A DNA stretch of 64,000 nt from a virus: positions 1 through 64,000 of the IMG/VR virus record IMGVR_UViG_3300009506_000013. One strand, written 5' to 3'. The notes below the pieces were generated by a model that worked only from the letters and a program-made list of their open reading frames with translations, made no database searches and was not told the DNA's origin. This document shows, in pieces, positions 35,865-46,957 of the stretch. Made by a program: the position numbers and the translations under genes. Within the stretch, counting starts at the first letter, position 1; every line of letters starts with the position of its first letter.

Positions 35865-36456
35865 TAGCCTTCCCTCCTGGTACCAGTTCCTTCACCTTAT
35901 CCATCAAACCTTTGGTCTTTTGCCTGGACCCATCGGAGGAGCCAAACCAGAAGGTAAAAATCTGCGCAACTACATTCGTCAAGACGCCAACCAATGTACT
36001 AATCATCCCAACAAATATCATCAGCACTGGAGTGGATTCTTTCGGGAGCCACGCCTTCATAACCGCCAGCAATAATACTGTAAACATCAGGAAGTAACCA
36101 CTGATGCCAACATAGGAAAGAATCTGCTGTGGATACTTATCCACACTAAATAGCTTGCGGGCGGAGTCCCGATCCTTGAAACGGATCTCCTCCAAGTCCA
36201 CTCCCTGCTCGCCCAGTTCCACAGCCAGGTCTACATCCATCTTCTTCATCGCCACTACATCCGCCGGAGTCATATTTGTAATTGCGGTTTCGATCTCCTG
36301 TGGGCTTCCATCTTCCTTTCCCAATAGAACATTAGACACCGACTTCATAGCCATCCCGGCCAAAGGTGTGCCCAATGCGGAAGCAGCAGTTGGAGCCACT
36401 ACATTCAAGGCTATCCCTGCCGCAGTCTTTCCAAATTCCTTCCAATTAAATCCCAT
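35857..36456 (-). CDS. holin-like membrane protein
   Basis: APT.A.ALG.P N-terminus, D..SAR, two TM helices, FWFGSS. Confidence 0.75.
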   Translation of the reverse strand: MGFNWKEFGKTAAGIALNVVAPTAASALGTPLAGMAMKSVSNVLLGKEDGSPQEIETAITNMTPADVVAMKKMDVDLAVELGEQGVDLEEIRFKDRDSARKLFSVDKYPQQILSYVGISGYFLMFTVLLLAVMKAWLPKESTPVLMIFVGMISTLVGVLTNVVAQIFTFWFGSSDGSRQKTKGLMDKVKELVPGGKANE

Positions 36457-36466
36457 AACAAACCTC

Positions 36467-36880
36467 CTATCCTTCCATCAAGAGATAGAACTCATCCACA
36501 CCGGTCAAATAACTCATAAACTGATTAAATGCTTTTTTACTTTGAATTATTCCTGGCTGTCCGAGAACAGGATCGAAAGATTCTCCTATGCCTACACACC
36601 CTTCTGATTGATCTTCAATATTCAATATATGAAATAAGATTCTGGTATGCCCATCGACATGAATCTCGAATGTCTCATATCCGCCTTTATTATACATTGT
36701 ACGAGTGCACTTGTGAATGCCGGGCGTGATCTTGGAGGCTTGAGCAAGGCCAATACCATAGGTCCGCTCTAAAGTCACCGCAATAGGAAGCCATTCATCA
36801 TCATCATTCCGGACCATCAAACCTCCATAGGCTCCAGTAGAGATAACTGACAGATGTTTTAGCTTAACCAATGTATGCAT
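36467..36880 (-). CDS. DUF5675 / L,D-transpeptidase-like putative endolysin
   Basis: TLE...I.PG...RILFH..N...SEGC..G; start reassigned to MHTLV. Confidence 0.75.
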   Translation of the reverse strand: MHTLVKLKHLSVISTGAYGGLMVRNDDDEWLPIAVTLERTYGIGLAQASKITPGIHKCTRTMYNKGGYETFEIHVDGHTRILFHILNIEDQSEGCVGIGESFDPVLGQPGIIQSKKAFNQFMSYLTGVDEFYLLMEG

Positions 36881-36882
36881 GA

Positions 36883-37281
36883 CTATCCCTCCAAAAGAAC
36901 TGAAGCGTGGGTTCCTAGCAAGAAGACCAGCATCATAATAATTCCTATTGCGGCCCAACGGGCAATAGGAATCCAGAAATTCAGCTTCCATTGGTCCGCG
37001 CAAGTCCGGGCTTTTTCAGAAGCATTAACGTGAATAGTAAAACTTTCCTCCAGCTCCGCAACCTTTCCCTTCATAGCACAAACGAATGGATGCTTTTCAG
37101 CCTCTATCATTCTATGGCTAAGATCCTCGACGTGACCATTCTGTTTGGATAGGTTCTCAGCCATCAGTTTCACTTGAGCAGATAGAATACCAACATTAGT
37201 AGTCAATATCCCAAGTGCATCCGACATCTTCAGCTTGAAGTCACCCAACTCTGTGGTCAGGTTTTGTACTGGATCAGACAT
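36883..37281 (-). CDS. coiled-coil protein with C-terminal TM helix (holin-like)
   Basis: 132 aa with a C-terminal hydrophobic segment, upstream of the endolysin. Confidence 0.6.
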   Translation of the reverse strand: MSDPVQNLTTELGDFKLKMSDALGILTTNVGILSAQVKLMAENLSKQNGHVEDLSHRMIEAEKHPFVCAMKGKVAELEESFTIHVNASEKARTCADQWKLNFWIPIARWAAIGIIMMLVFLLGTHASVLLEG

Positions 37282-37298
37282 TTAACTCTCCTCCTTAA

Positions 37299-37796
37299 TT
37301 ATACAGGCGGCTCAGGCGGATTCACCACAGGTTTCCGGATCTTCAGCGGCTCTTTCCAGCCCCCGGTTAAATCTGGCTGGAAATCGTAGTTTCTCCATTG
37401 AGTCTTATCAGAAACCCAAGCCATCTTTGCGCACGTTCGGAACGCAGGAATTTCATCAATTAACATTTGCTTTGCTATATCTATCGTTGGTGGTCCATTC
37501 TCCAGATCATACTCTTGCCAGATTTGCTGGGTATGCTTATCTCTCAAGAATAAATACGGAACATTTTTGAAGTTGGGATTCTTTTTATACTTGCCATCTG
37601 AAGCCTTTGTTCCACCCAATGAAAACTCCACATAACACCGGCCTTCATTCCTATTCCATAAAATACGCTCAATCTCAATTTCTTCCGATGCAATTTCTTC
37701 TCCGGTATCAGGATCATAAAATGCCGGTATATTTTCTACACCGTCTACTGTACCGGTGCCTTGATTAATCTTGGCTTTTTGAATTTTTAACTTCAT
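37299..37796 (-). CDS. hypothetical protein (possible tail fibre assembly)
   Basis: 165 aa directly after the large tail protein. Confidence 0.6.
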   Translation of the reverse strand: MKLKIQKAKINQGTGTVDGVENIPAFYDPDTGEEIASEEIEIERILWNRNEGRCYVEFSLGGTKASDGKYKKNPNFKNVPYLFLRDKHTQQIWQEYDLENGPPTIDIAKQMLIDEIPAFRTCAKMAWVSDKTQWRNYDFQPDLTGGWKEPLKIRKPVVNPPEPPV

Positions 37797-37805
37797 AATT
37801 CACTC

Positions 37806-40800
37806 CTATAGAAAATATGCCATTACAGTAATTATAAATGATCTCGAAGAACCGCATGAACACTGAGCCCGTCTACTACTATCCAACCCTATAACCCCGG
37901 TAACACCGATTGCAGCGGATGTGCAATATCCTCTGATAGAATTATATCCGCCTTGCCCATATTCATAAATGTTATATAACGGAGTCCCTGTACCACTACC
38001 AATTATGCAACTCAATGACGCTTTATTATACCCTGCCGGAACTATACTACTTAAATCCACAGTCACCGGCGTACTACTTACAGCACCATTCGCCCAATCA
38101 CCTGAAGCGGAAGATCCCAGCGCAACCCCGACTGCCGCCTCAGTCATGTGGCGTAAAATAATTTCAGCATCATTAATTGCCGCCTCTAATACAGCAAGAT
38201 CATTTATTGATGTGCTAACAACCTTATCAGCATTTACATTCCCATCCGCCGCTGCGACGGTATACAGCATTACCTGACCGACTTCATCGAATACTTCTAC
38301 TCGTACACAATCAATCTCCGCCTCATTTGCGGCTACTGCATCATTATAATTGAGAATAAAAATCGGAAGCAAATAACGTGTATTTGTTACTGCAGTCTGT
38401 GGATTGGTCGGATCATCAAGCTCAGTGCCGCCAACTCCCGTACCTTCCCCAGACATATAACCAACAACATCAGTCCACGTGTCTATCGTCCACCCGTACA
38501 TATCCAACGCACTAACCGGATACCTGGAACCCAAGCTATTATAATTGGAATCAACACATAGGAAACCGACATAAATTTTCTGGTTTCCGCTTGCACCTGT
38601 AACCGTTCTTTTCGCCTTTGCAGAGATCCTATAAAGCCAATTCTTATTATATGGAATATAAAATCCGGCTAAATATCGGCCTACACAACCCGCGCAACTA
38701 ATCACATACTTGCCTGTCACCCCTCCTGTGGTTCTTGTAGGTGTGCCATTATATGTGGAATATTGTACCCAATAGGAAAGTACATTTGGATTTTCAAAGG
38801 ATTCTACAAATAATGTCTGACCGGGAATCTTTGCATAGTCAATTTGTTCCAATGGCACATCAGTCAGTGTGCCGTCACTATTCAAACTAGCATCTGTCTT
38901 ATCTACTGAAGAATTGACCTGAGAGGCCGTATCCGTTCCCACATTGGATGTATTATTGGAGGTGTTGTCCCCTGTTACATCCGCATTATCATCTGGCTTT
39001 CCAGTTCCCGTTACACCATCCCAAGTAGACGTTAGTGCTGATGCGTCCGCTATAGACTTGGCCAGATCAGATACCTTATTTAGCAATGCCGTCCGCGCAT
39101 CATAGTAATCAGTAAACTTGCCGCGAAATGTTGAACTTGCGATAGTAGTGGTAGTGCTAAGCTGGGCATCCGATATCCACAGCGGTATACCGCTTGACCA
39201 TGTTCCGTTGTTTAGATAGTCTGCCAAGGCTTGGAAGGCATTATCGTATGCGATCTTTTCTGTAGTAATACTATAAGCTGTAGCCAGCGAATCTAGGCCA
39301 CTAACTTCTGCCGCAATCCCTTCCCATTCCCGGCGCACCGACAGCTTCTCCACAGGCGTGAACTTGCTATCTGCGGCAATGTCTGCTAATAGAGCATTTG
39401 CAGCATCAGCATCATCTTGAGCATCAGAAGCGGCTTGACTTGCGGCACTCGCAGCGGCACTCGCAGCAGCGGCATCATCTGCCGCATCAGCAGCATCTTG
39501 TGCGGCGGCGGCGGCATTGTTAATTGCAGTAGAAGCGGTGGCGGCGGCTGAGTCTACTGCATTGTCAATAACTTCTGCGATCTTGTTCCGGAGTGCTTCG
39601 CGGGTATCATAATAGGCCTTCCATTTATTCCGGAATGTTTCAGCGACAATCGTGGTGGTAGTGTCTAGCTGGGCATCCGATATCCACAGCGGAACATCCA
39701 TTACAATCATCTCGTCAGACTTTGACCCCTCCTCTGCTCCAGTATCATATGCACTAATTGCCGCATAATATATGCCTGCGGAAGTGAACTGGTGCGTATA
39801 GGAAGTAACATTGCCTACATCTATGGGGGAGCCATAACTGCCGGGTGATGTCCCGATGTACAGATAGTAACCATCCAAATCCGGTTCAGTATTTGGCAGC
39901 CATACAAAGTCTACATATGTTCCTGCCGCAATTTGCCCTGTCCACACTCCGTTGTTTAGATAGTCTGCGAGTGCTTGGAAGGCAGCATCCATTGCATTCT
40001 TCTCATCCGTTATCCCATAGGATGATGCCTCTGCATTCAGCCGATACCATTCCTGTATGATCTTTTCCCACTCCTTGCGGGCCGCCAACTTCTCTACTGG
40101 AGTGAACTTCGCATCAGATGCGATGTCTGATAACAAGGCGTTCGCGGCGGCTACATCCCCATATACCGTGGCAGAATCACTCGATCTATACAAACGGGTG
40201 AGCGTTCCGCCATCATTATAGCCTATGACATAATAACTTGAAGAGGGAAGAGAAGAGCTGGTACCGAAGACATCAGGGTTGGCTGGATCCCAATATATCC
40301 AGGCACTATTGGTGTTCCCGTCTGTTATGGCATATCGGACATCTTTGTAGACTACAACAACCCCGGTCCACGATACATACCCAGCAGAAGGGTCATCATC
40401 CGCAAACCCCGTCGCCCCTTCAATCACCTCGAACTGTGGCGGGCTGTCGACAACCTTGGGAGTGTAAGACTCCGTGGAGGTTCCCCACTCCGTTCCAACT
40501 ACCGCTGAACATAACAGCGTCATCTCGTGTCTATCGTTGTCGTATATCCTATGGGCGATTTGCTCCACAAAATAATCGCCGCTCAACCCGTCTTCCGTCA
40601 CCACAGTGATTCTATCAGATATGTCCCGCGTCTGTGCTTCGGCCAAGTGGGCAGCGGCGGCATTACAGTCCAGCGTTATCATCAAAGCATTTCGAGGCTC
40701 TTTATACACGGACAAATAGTAGTCACAGAAGGCCTGAGCCTCTGCTTGGGAAGAGATGAACTTGGCCGGTATTCTCCAGTCATTCTTCCCGTGGTCGCTG

Positions 40801-41957
40801 ATGCTGGTATCATCCTTCGCATATACCTGTAAAGCGTCACCCTCTATCACAGTCTGACCCAACGCTTTCAGCACGATTATGTAGGCCGCAGTTCCCCCGG
40901 TATTCTCCAGCTCCAAGACCAGCTTGGTATCATATTCTGTCGAGGTAATGTCGATGTTACTGGTCAGGTCCGAACCGCTCCCGATGGCATTCGAGTTTGC
41001 TTCCAGAGTAATCGTGCCCCAATCCGCAACAGCAAGATCCCGGCCCTCTGGTGGATATGGAATCTCCACTATGATGGTTTCGCTTGCCCCAATCTGGAAT
41101 GCCTCTCCGGTGTTCCCGTTCGCATCCCATATATCTACAATAGACTTGAGCTGTTTGGTTGCGCTCAGGTTGTAGGTCTTGACGCGGGCCTCGATGTAGT
41201 TGTACATCTCATCATCAGTATCAACAGGCACAATCTTTTTATAGCGGATGGTCCCGGCCAAAGCATTGGTATATGTGGCCTGACTTACTGTGTGAGGAGA
41301 GTTGAACCTGTGATCGCGGGCTTCAAATACAATCTTACCATCCTTTCCCTCACGGAGGAAACCACCTTCTGACTCTTCGATATCCCGCAAGACTTGAAGA
41401 CCGTCCAGTTGTCCTCCGGCCCAGAACCTTGGCCATGTACTCTTTCCAGTATCCACCAACCGATCACCAGCGGGCCAGCTTATTGCATCAAGTACAACTC
41501 CAACCGCCGCGCCGGATGCTATATTTGTTTGCATTGCTACGCTAATATTCTTGTTTTTCTTTACTGTGTACAGCGCTCCTCTGGCCGTTATAACAACCCG
41601 GTAGTCATTCCGCGTAGAGCCAAACTCTGTAGGTATCGCACTCAGCCTTCCCGCAAACATCACTACTTCGCCGCCACCACTTATCTCCATCGTGATCTTG
41701 ATCCGGCGATCTCGCTTAATGTTCCCGTATAGCGGGCCACTGCTGTTAAACCTGGAGAAGCGGAGATCAGAGTTGTTCAGGGAAAGGGTCAGCTTCCCGG
41801 CAACACTCTTGCTTACAAGGCCAGAACTTCCTTCCCGGCCTCTCGTGAATGTTATCTCGCCGTGGATATAGGAGGAGACATCATCATATGTACCATCGTA
41901 CAAGCCGGAGTTTGTCCAGTCGATGTATACCTTATAATCGCCCCATACTTGACTCAT
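37806..41957 (-). CDS. large tail tip / fibre protein with internal duplication and FN3 insert
   Basis: 1383 aa immediately after the tape measure; repeated KFTPVEKL...AFQALADYLNNG...PLWISDAQL module. Confidence 0.8.
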   Translation of the reverse strand: MSQVWGDYKVYIDWTNSGLYDGTYDDVSSYIHGEITFTRGREGSSGLVSKSVAGKLTLSLNNSDLRFSRFNSSGPLYGNIKRDRRIKITMEISGGGEVVMFAGRLSAIPTEFGSTRNDYRVVITARGALYTVKKNKNISVAMQTNIASGAAVGVVLDAISWPAGDRLVDTGKSTWPRFWAGGQLDGLQVLRDIEESEGGFLREGKDGKIVFEARDHRFNSPHTVSQATYTNALAGTIRYKKIVPVDTDDEMYNYIEARVKTYNLSATKQLKSIVDIWDANGNTGEAFQIGASETIIVEIPYPPEGRDLAVADWGTITLEANSNAIGSGSDLTSNIDITSTEYDTKLVLELENTGGTAAYIIVLKALGQTVIEGDALQVYAKDDTSISDHGKNDWRIPAKFISSQAEAQAFCDYYLSVYKEPRNALMITLDCNAAAAHLAEAQTRDISDRITVVTEDGLSGDYFVEQIAHRIYDNDRHEMTLLCSAVVGTEWGTSTESYTPKVVDSPPQFEVIEGATGFADDDPSAGYVSWTGVVVVYKDVRYAITDGNTNSAWIYWDPANPDVFGTSSSLPSSSYYVIGYNDGGTLTRLYRSSDSATVYGDVAAANALLSDIASDAKFTPVEKLAARKEWEKIIQEWYRLNAEASSYGITDEKNAMDAAFQALADYLNNGVWTGQIAAGTYVDFVWLPNTEPDLDGYYLYIGTSPGSYGSPIDVGNVTSYTHQFTSAGIYYAAISAYDTGAEEGSKSDEMIVMDVPLWISDAQLDTTTTIVAETFRNKWKAYYDTREALRNKIAEVIDNAVDSAAATASTAINNAAAAAQDAADAADDAAAASAAASAASQAASDAQDDADAANALLADIAADSKFTPVEKLSVRREWEGIAAEVSGLDSLATAYSITTEKIAYDNAFQALADYLNNGTWSSGIPLWISDAQLSTTTTIASSTFRGKFTDYYDARTALLNKVSDLAKSIADASALTSTWDGVTGTGKPDDNADVTGDNTSNNTSNVGTDTASQVNSSVDKTDASLNSDGTLTDVPLEQIDYAKIPGQTLFVESFENPNVLSYWVQYSTYNGTPTRTTGGVTGKYVISCAGCVGRYLAGFYIPYNKNWLYRISAKAKRTVTGASGNQKIYVGFLCVDSNYNSLGSRYPVSALDMYGWTIDTWTDVVGYMSGEGTGVGGTELDDPTNPQTAVTNTRYLLPIFILNYNDAVAANEAEIDCVRVEVFDEVGQVMLYTVAAADGNVNADKVVSTSINDLAVLEAAINDAEIILRHMTEAAVGVALGSSASGDWANGAVSSTPVTVDLSSIVPAGYNKASLSCIIGSGTGTPLYNIYEYGQGGYNSIRGYCTSAAIGVTGVIGLDSSRRAQCSCGSSRSFIITVMAYFL

Positions 41958-44900
41958 GGTTGCTGTAATATCCCGTTAAAGCTCCCACCAGCAGTAGCCT
42001 CTTTGATGACCCTATAAATCATGGTCTCTAGGTCAGTGGAGCTGTATATGTTCCCGTTATTCTCCAGAACAGCATTTAAGATAATTGATTCCGGACCTGT
42101 TGGATTGGTTGGGTAGTCTGCCGGATTGGTGGAGGCGGGCGTGGTTTGCTCTGGTGTAGCTTCTGCTACCGCCGCCAGCGGACTACCGAATACAATCGCA
42201 TCGTTCATCTCTTTGATCTTTTCGAGGATGAGATCAATCTGCTCCACGGCGGCTTCCCGCGCCGTCACAAACGCGGCGGCAATATTATCAGACACCAATG
42301 TAAATTGACTCTCGATGGTAGCCGTTATCTCGTCAGCGCGGGATTGAAGCTGGGTCTGAGCCTCGTCGATATAGTCCATGACCCCTTCCTTCTCTGCTAA
42401 ATACGCAGCCTCCATAGCTTCTTTGGTTTTCTCCAGAAGAGCAGAGGTGATGGTATTGAAGCCGGCATCAAGTCTTTCCACGGCCAACTTGCCCTCTTCA
42501 CCACCATAGGTTGTTAGCATATCCCGAACCATCTGGCCTTCGGTCCCTACAAGTGTTCCGGACCTTTGGAATGTACTCACTGCGCTCTCCCAGCTCTTCA
42601 TTCCGCCCACCAGCTTCGCAATACCTTCGAACACCTTCGGGTCAAATCCCTCTGAGAAGAGCTTATCCATCACGCCCTGATCCCAAAGGCCCGTCATCAC
42701 ATCTTGTAGTCCGGTAGTCTCAGCTACAAAGGCATTCATGGAGTCACGGAACTCATTGAGGCTAGCGATGGTCTGATTCATCCCCTTCAGGTCTGTAGCT
42801 CCTTCAACAGTTTCGCCAAAGTCTTGCATAATCTGGTTGAGGTCAGGTAGGATCTCGCCTGTCTGCCGGAAGTGGTCCACGAGCTGTCCGAAATAGTTGT
42901 TGGTCCGGATTAATGAGGCAGACTCCTCCAAGGCCTCTACTTCCCCACCCAGCTCCTTCACCTTCTCGCGGAAGGCATCCGTCACTTTGCCTTGGTTTAT
43001 AAACAGTTCAATCATCCCGTTCCCGGCAACCTGGAAATTCTCCAACCCGGCCTTTATAGTCTGAAATCCGTATGCGATTGTATCCAGCTCTGCCAACTCT
43101 GCGGCATTATTCTTCATACTCTCCAGCACCGCATCCACTTCGGCCAGCTTCCCGGCAAAATATTCGGAACTATCTGCATAGGACTCCAACTGATCCCGGT
43201 TCTCTTCTATATAGGTAGTGAACTCTTCGCTGGCGCGGCCCGCTTCTTTCATAGCGTCGTAGTATTCCATGAACCCTTGAGCCGTTTCCAGCGCTGTGCT
43301 CCCGCCCATCTTCATAGCTTCGGCAATGTCTGGGAACGTCTTTGCCAGTTCCTTCCCCAATCCCGAAGTTTCATACCATACCTTGTTCAGCGCTTCCCAA
43401 TCCCCGGTCAGCATCCCCTCCTCTACAGCACTTCTAAAGTCCTGCCCCCAGCTCAAATGGCCTGTCTTCGCCATACTAGGTTCCAGCCGTTGTAATAGTT
43501 GTTCCAGTTGCCCTTGAGATTGGGCCAATGGTATCAGCTGTTCTGCGATGAACCTGGGGGAGCGGATCGCTTCTGCCCGGTGGCCATATAGTTGTGATTC
43601 GCTCCAGCCGTATTGTTGCATGGCGGCGGTGAATTGCTCTTGGCTCATTTGAAGGCCTGCATCCCGGCCCACCTCCATATAGCCCGCTTCCCAAGCATTC
43701 TTCCCGTTGATTGCTTGGATACCTTTTATCATCGCACCTGCGGTGGCCCCGACTGCCGCACCTATGGCAGTTCCTATCCCAGGCAGGATCATAGTTCCTA
43801 TGCCCATTCCAGTAAGAGCGCCACCACCAATCGACTTACCCCAACCTGCGGCCCCTCCTTGGCGGATACCCTGGGAAAGTAGACTTGCCCCCAATCCAGT
43901 TTCCAAGCCAACTACGCCACCAAAACTACCACCCAAAGACCGTCCCAACATATAGCCGCCCGCGCCGCCTTGAAGAACTCCACCCCAACCATTCGAGCGC
44001 ATCCCGTTCGCCGCCAACAATGCTCCCCCGGCGAACATGGCACCTCCAGCAATACCTGAATCTCCTCCAAGGCCCGGTATCATTCCGGCCAACGATCCTG
44101 AAGCCCTCTTCTGAAGAGCGCCAGTAAGGCTCTTCATCAGGTTGCCCAAGGCCTCTTTGAACGGGTCAAAGAAACTCTCCAACAAGATCCGGAAAGCCAT
44201 CCGGCCAAACTCTTCCAGCGTATCCAATATCATCTGTGTTCCGCTCTTTGCGCGGAATACAATGTCTGTAATACCTTGGCTCCAATCCGTCACGATAGTG
44301 CTGACCTGATTCTCCCATACCTTGGTTGTTTCCTTTGCGGTATCCTTGGTGAAATCCTTGATCTTTTCATCCATCTCCTTAATATCCACAGGAAGGTTCG
44401 TGTACAACTTCTTTAGTGTCTCGATGTACTTCTCCCAAGCCGGTAACATCTCGTGTTTCAGAACTGTATTGTTCCCGTCCATGATCTCCTTGAGCTTTGC
44501 GGCGTACTCTTCCGGCCACTGACCATTCTCATCGCGCAAACTCGCATAGTAGTTCATCCAGACAGGCAACATTCTCTCGCGGACATTTACATCTGTATCA
44601 AAAGCCATTTCCTCCAGAGTCTTCCGTATATCCTCCGGTACAGTCCGATTCTGTTTAATATACTCCGACATAAGGTTTGTTAAGCCGTCTGACATGGTCC
44701 GTACACTTTGCATTCCGTCTTTCTGGAGGAAACGGAAGGCCTCTTCCATTTCCTTTATGTTCTGGCCACTAGACACGCCTAATCGGGCATACATCGTGGC
44801 GAGCTTTCCGGTGTAGTCGATGCTCTTCTGAAATTCACCGTTCTGTTCTCTGAGGTTGCCCTTATTCTTGGTTATAATCGCATCATATTTTGTAAGCCAA

Positions 44901-46957
44901 GCCATAGCGAATTTGTACCCGTCCGAAAGGTTATCCACCTTCCCTTGGGCCTTGGCCAATTGGGCCACGTGCTCTGCCAGGCCTTGTGCGTTCGCGGCCA
45001 ACTCCTTATTGGTCAAATTCGCAATAGCTATCGGCAACTCTGTACTCAGTATAGTCTTGAGCCTCTCCTCTTCAGTCTTCAAGTCTTTGGCTTTTTTCTT
45101 TACTTCCTCGAAAGCCTTGGCCTGTTCATATAGCTTGGCCACTACTGGCGGAATTGCGACTCCCATTAGCTCAGACTGCTCCACTGCGGCTATGATTTCT
45201 GAACTTAAGGCCTTTACAGTTTTGGAACTATTGATCCCGGCCCGGTCTAATATATCAAGTGATTTCGCCAGCTCTTCGGCGGGCTTTATAGCTTCATTTA
45301 TACCCTTCATCAATTCTTGAAGAGTTTCATACTCTTCTTCAGTCAGTTCAGATAGTGTACTGAGCACTTCCCCGTTCTTGCCCATTATCACATACATATT
45401 GTTATATTCCGCTAACAATTCATCTGGAATGCCCAAACCATTCACTACTTTGTCTTGTAAATCTGAAAGCCGGATAGCATAGTCAGTAAGTTTTTCACCT
45501 TCTCCCCGCGCAACCTCTAAACCAAGTTTGTTCAGATCCTCCTCTGCCTCTTTGATCTTTTCAAGAGCCTCTGGAGTCACAATCCCCATCCGATACAGCT
45601 CATCGTTCCATTCCTTTATTTGCTTTTTATGTGTGCTCCAAATCGCATAGCCCGCAATACCAGCCGCCAGCGCCGCCAGCCCTCCTGTTGCTGCCGCCGC
45701 TCCCGCTCCAATAGCGGACAGCCCTGAAATAAAGCTTGTCAATATCGCTTGGCCCTTTAATGCGGCAAAGAAAGCCAAGGTGCCTACGGTAAGAGATCCA
45801 ATATCAACATTCTTTATTGCCTCCCCTAAAGTTTTAATTGTCGGGATGAGTGCGCCCTTTAGCTTCATTACTACACCATCCACCTGCTTTTGAAGCTCGT
45901 TCATCGTCTTGGTCCACTGCGCATCTATCGTCTGCATCTGCTTTTCGAAAGCGGTGGCGGTATTCCCGGCAGTATGTTGCATTTTTTCGAGAATGCGGGT
46001 GTACTCTTCCGATTGCTTCCCGGTCAAGGCCAACGCCGCACGCAAGGCACGGATATTCGGGAACAAGGCCGCTACAGCTTCCGCATCTCCTTTAACCTTC
46101 TCTGCCATCTCCCCCAAAGCTACTGCAAGACCTTTCGATTGGACTGCGCTGGCGGTTAATTCCAGGTTGTACTTCTTGGCTACATCAACAGCCTGTGTAG
46201 TTGGGCTTAAGAAGTTTAACATGGCGGCGTTGAGCGAAACAACAGCCGTAGCAGTGTTGAAACCACCCTTTGTTAAGGTAGCAACAGCCGCACCAACTTC
46301 CTTCAACCCAACTTCAAGAGCGGCGGCAGTCGGGATAGCCGGACCAAGAGATGCCGCCAACTCCGCGCCCGTTGTTTTACCTTGTTTGATAATTTCGAAG
46401 AGGTCATCTGTAACCTCTCCAGCCCTGTCCGCTGACATCTGGTAAGCGTTCAGGATTGTAGTCATGATATCGACAGCGGTGAATGTATCCGTGAGTGCCG
46501 CCCGTGCGAACTCCGCAGACTTCCCAACAAACTGAACTGCCTTCCCGGCCTCCACGCCGGCAGACAGCGCCTGATACAAGCCCTTGGTAAGCTCAGCGCT
46601 TGTTCCCAACTCTGCACCAAGGCCTCTCAACTCTTCTCTCATTGCCGCAGTGTTGACCTTCGCAGTATCTAAAAGAGTGGTGACATTTGCAAATTCCTTA
46701 TCAAACTCAACCGCCGCACCGATCCAACCACGGATTGCGCTAACTATGGCCAAACCTCCGAATGTTAAACCCAAACCAGCAGCAATTGATTTGACGTTTT
46801 TGAGCGTACCTCCGAAGACACTGGCTGCCTTCTCGCCTTCCTTAAAAGCCTTGACCCCGGTGGTGCCTACTTTCTTGTAAGCACCGTCCAGAGTCTTCAT
46901 CTGCTCCAAGGTGGCTTTGCCGTTTACAACCCCAACTTTGAAGAATAAGTCCGGCAT
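41954..46957 (-). CDS. tail tape measure protein (TP901-like core)
   Basis: 1667 aa Ala/Gly-rich helical; GLYQALSAG, GKTT..ELA pattern. Confidence 0.92.
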   Translation of the reverse strand: MPDLFFKVGVVNGKATLEQMKTLDGAYKKVGTTGVKAFKEGEKAASVFGGTLKNVKSIAAGLGLTFGGLAIVSAIRGWIGAAVEFDKEFANVTTLLDTAKVNTAAMREELRGLGAELGTSAELTKGLYQALSAGVEAGKAVQFVGKSAEFARAALTDTFTAVDIMTTILNAYQMSADRAGEVTDDLFEIIKQGKTTGAELAASLGPAIPTAAALEVGLKEVGAAVATLTKGGFNTATAVVSLNAAMLNFLSPTTQAVDVAKKYNLELTASAVQSKGLAVALGEMAEKVKGDAEAVAALFPNIRALRAALALTGKQSEEYTRILEKMQHTAGNTATAFEKQMQTIDAQWTKTMNELQKQVDGVVMKLKGALIPTIKTLGEAIKNVDIGSLTVGTLAFFAALKGQAILTSFISGLSAIGAGAAAATGGLAALAAGIAGYAIWSTHKKQIKEWNDELYRMGIVTPEALEKIKEAEEDLNKLGLEVARGEGEKLTDYAIRLSDLQDKVVNGLGIPDELLAEYNNMYVIMGKNGEVLSTLSELTEEEYETLQELMKGINEAIKPAEELAKSLDILDRAGINSSKTVKALSSEIIAAVEQSELMGVAIPPVVAKLYEQAKAFEEVKKKAKDLKTEEERLKTILSTELPIAIANLTNKELAANAQGLAEHVAQLAKAQGKVDNLSDGYKFAMAWLTKYDAIITKNKGNLREQNGEFQKSIDYTGKLATMYARLGVSSGQNIKEMEEAFRFLQKDGMQSVRTMSDGLTNLMSEYIKQNRTVPEDIRKTLEEMAFDTDVNVRERMLPVWMNYYASLRDENGQWPEEYAAKLKEIMDGNNTVLKHEMLPAWEKYIETLKKLYTNLPVDIKEMDEKIKDFTKDTAKETTKVWENQVSTIVTDWSQGITDIVFRAKSGTQMILDTLEEFGRMAFRILLESFFDPFKEALGNLMKSLTGALQKRASGSLAGMIPGLGGDSGIAGGAMFAGGALLAANGMRSNGWGGVLQGGAGGYMLGRSLGGSFGGVVGLETGLGASLLSQGIRQGGAAGWGKSIGGGALTGMGIGTMILPGIGTAIGAAVGATAGAMIKGIQAINGKNAWEAGYMEVGRDAGLQMSQEQFTAAMQQYGWSESQLYGHRAEAIRSPRFIAEQLIPLAQSQGQLEQLLQRLEPSMAKTGHLSWGQDFRSAVEEGMLTGDWEALNKVWYETSGLGKELAKTFPDIAEAMKMGGSTALETAQGFMEYYDAMKEAGRASEEFTTYIEENRDQLESYADSSEYFAGKLAEVDAVLESMKNNAAELAELDTIAYGFQTIKAGLENFQVAGNGMIELFINQGKVTDAFREKVKELGGEVEALEESASLIRTNNYFGQLVDHFRQTGEILPDLNQIMQDFGETVEGATDLKGMNQTIASLNEFRDSMNAFVAETTGLQDVMTGLWDQGVMDKLFSEGFDPKVFEGIAKLVGGMKSWESAVSTFQRSGTLVGTEGQMVRDMLTTYGGEEGKLAVERLDAGFNTITSALLEKTKEAMEAAYLAEKEGVMDYIDEAQTQLQSRADEITATIESQFTLVSDNIAAAFVTAREAAVEQIDLILEKIKEMNDAIVFGSPLAAVAEATPEQTTPASTNPADYPTNPTGPESIILNAVLENNGNIYSSTDLETMIYRVIKEATAGGSFNGILQQP

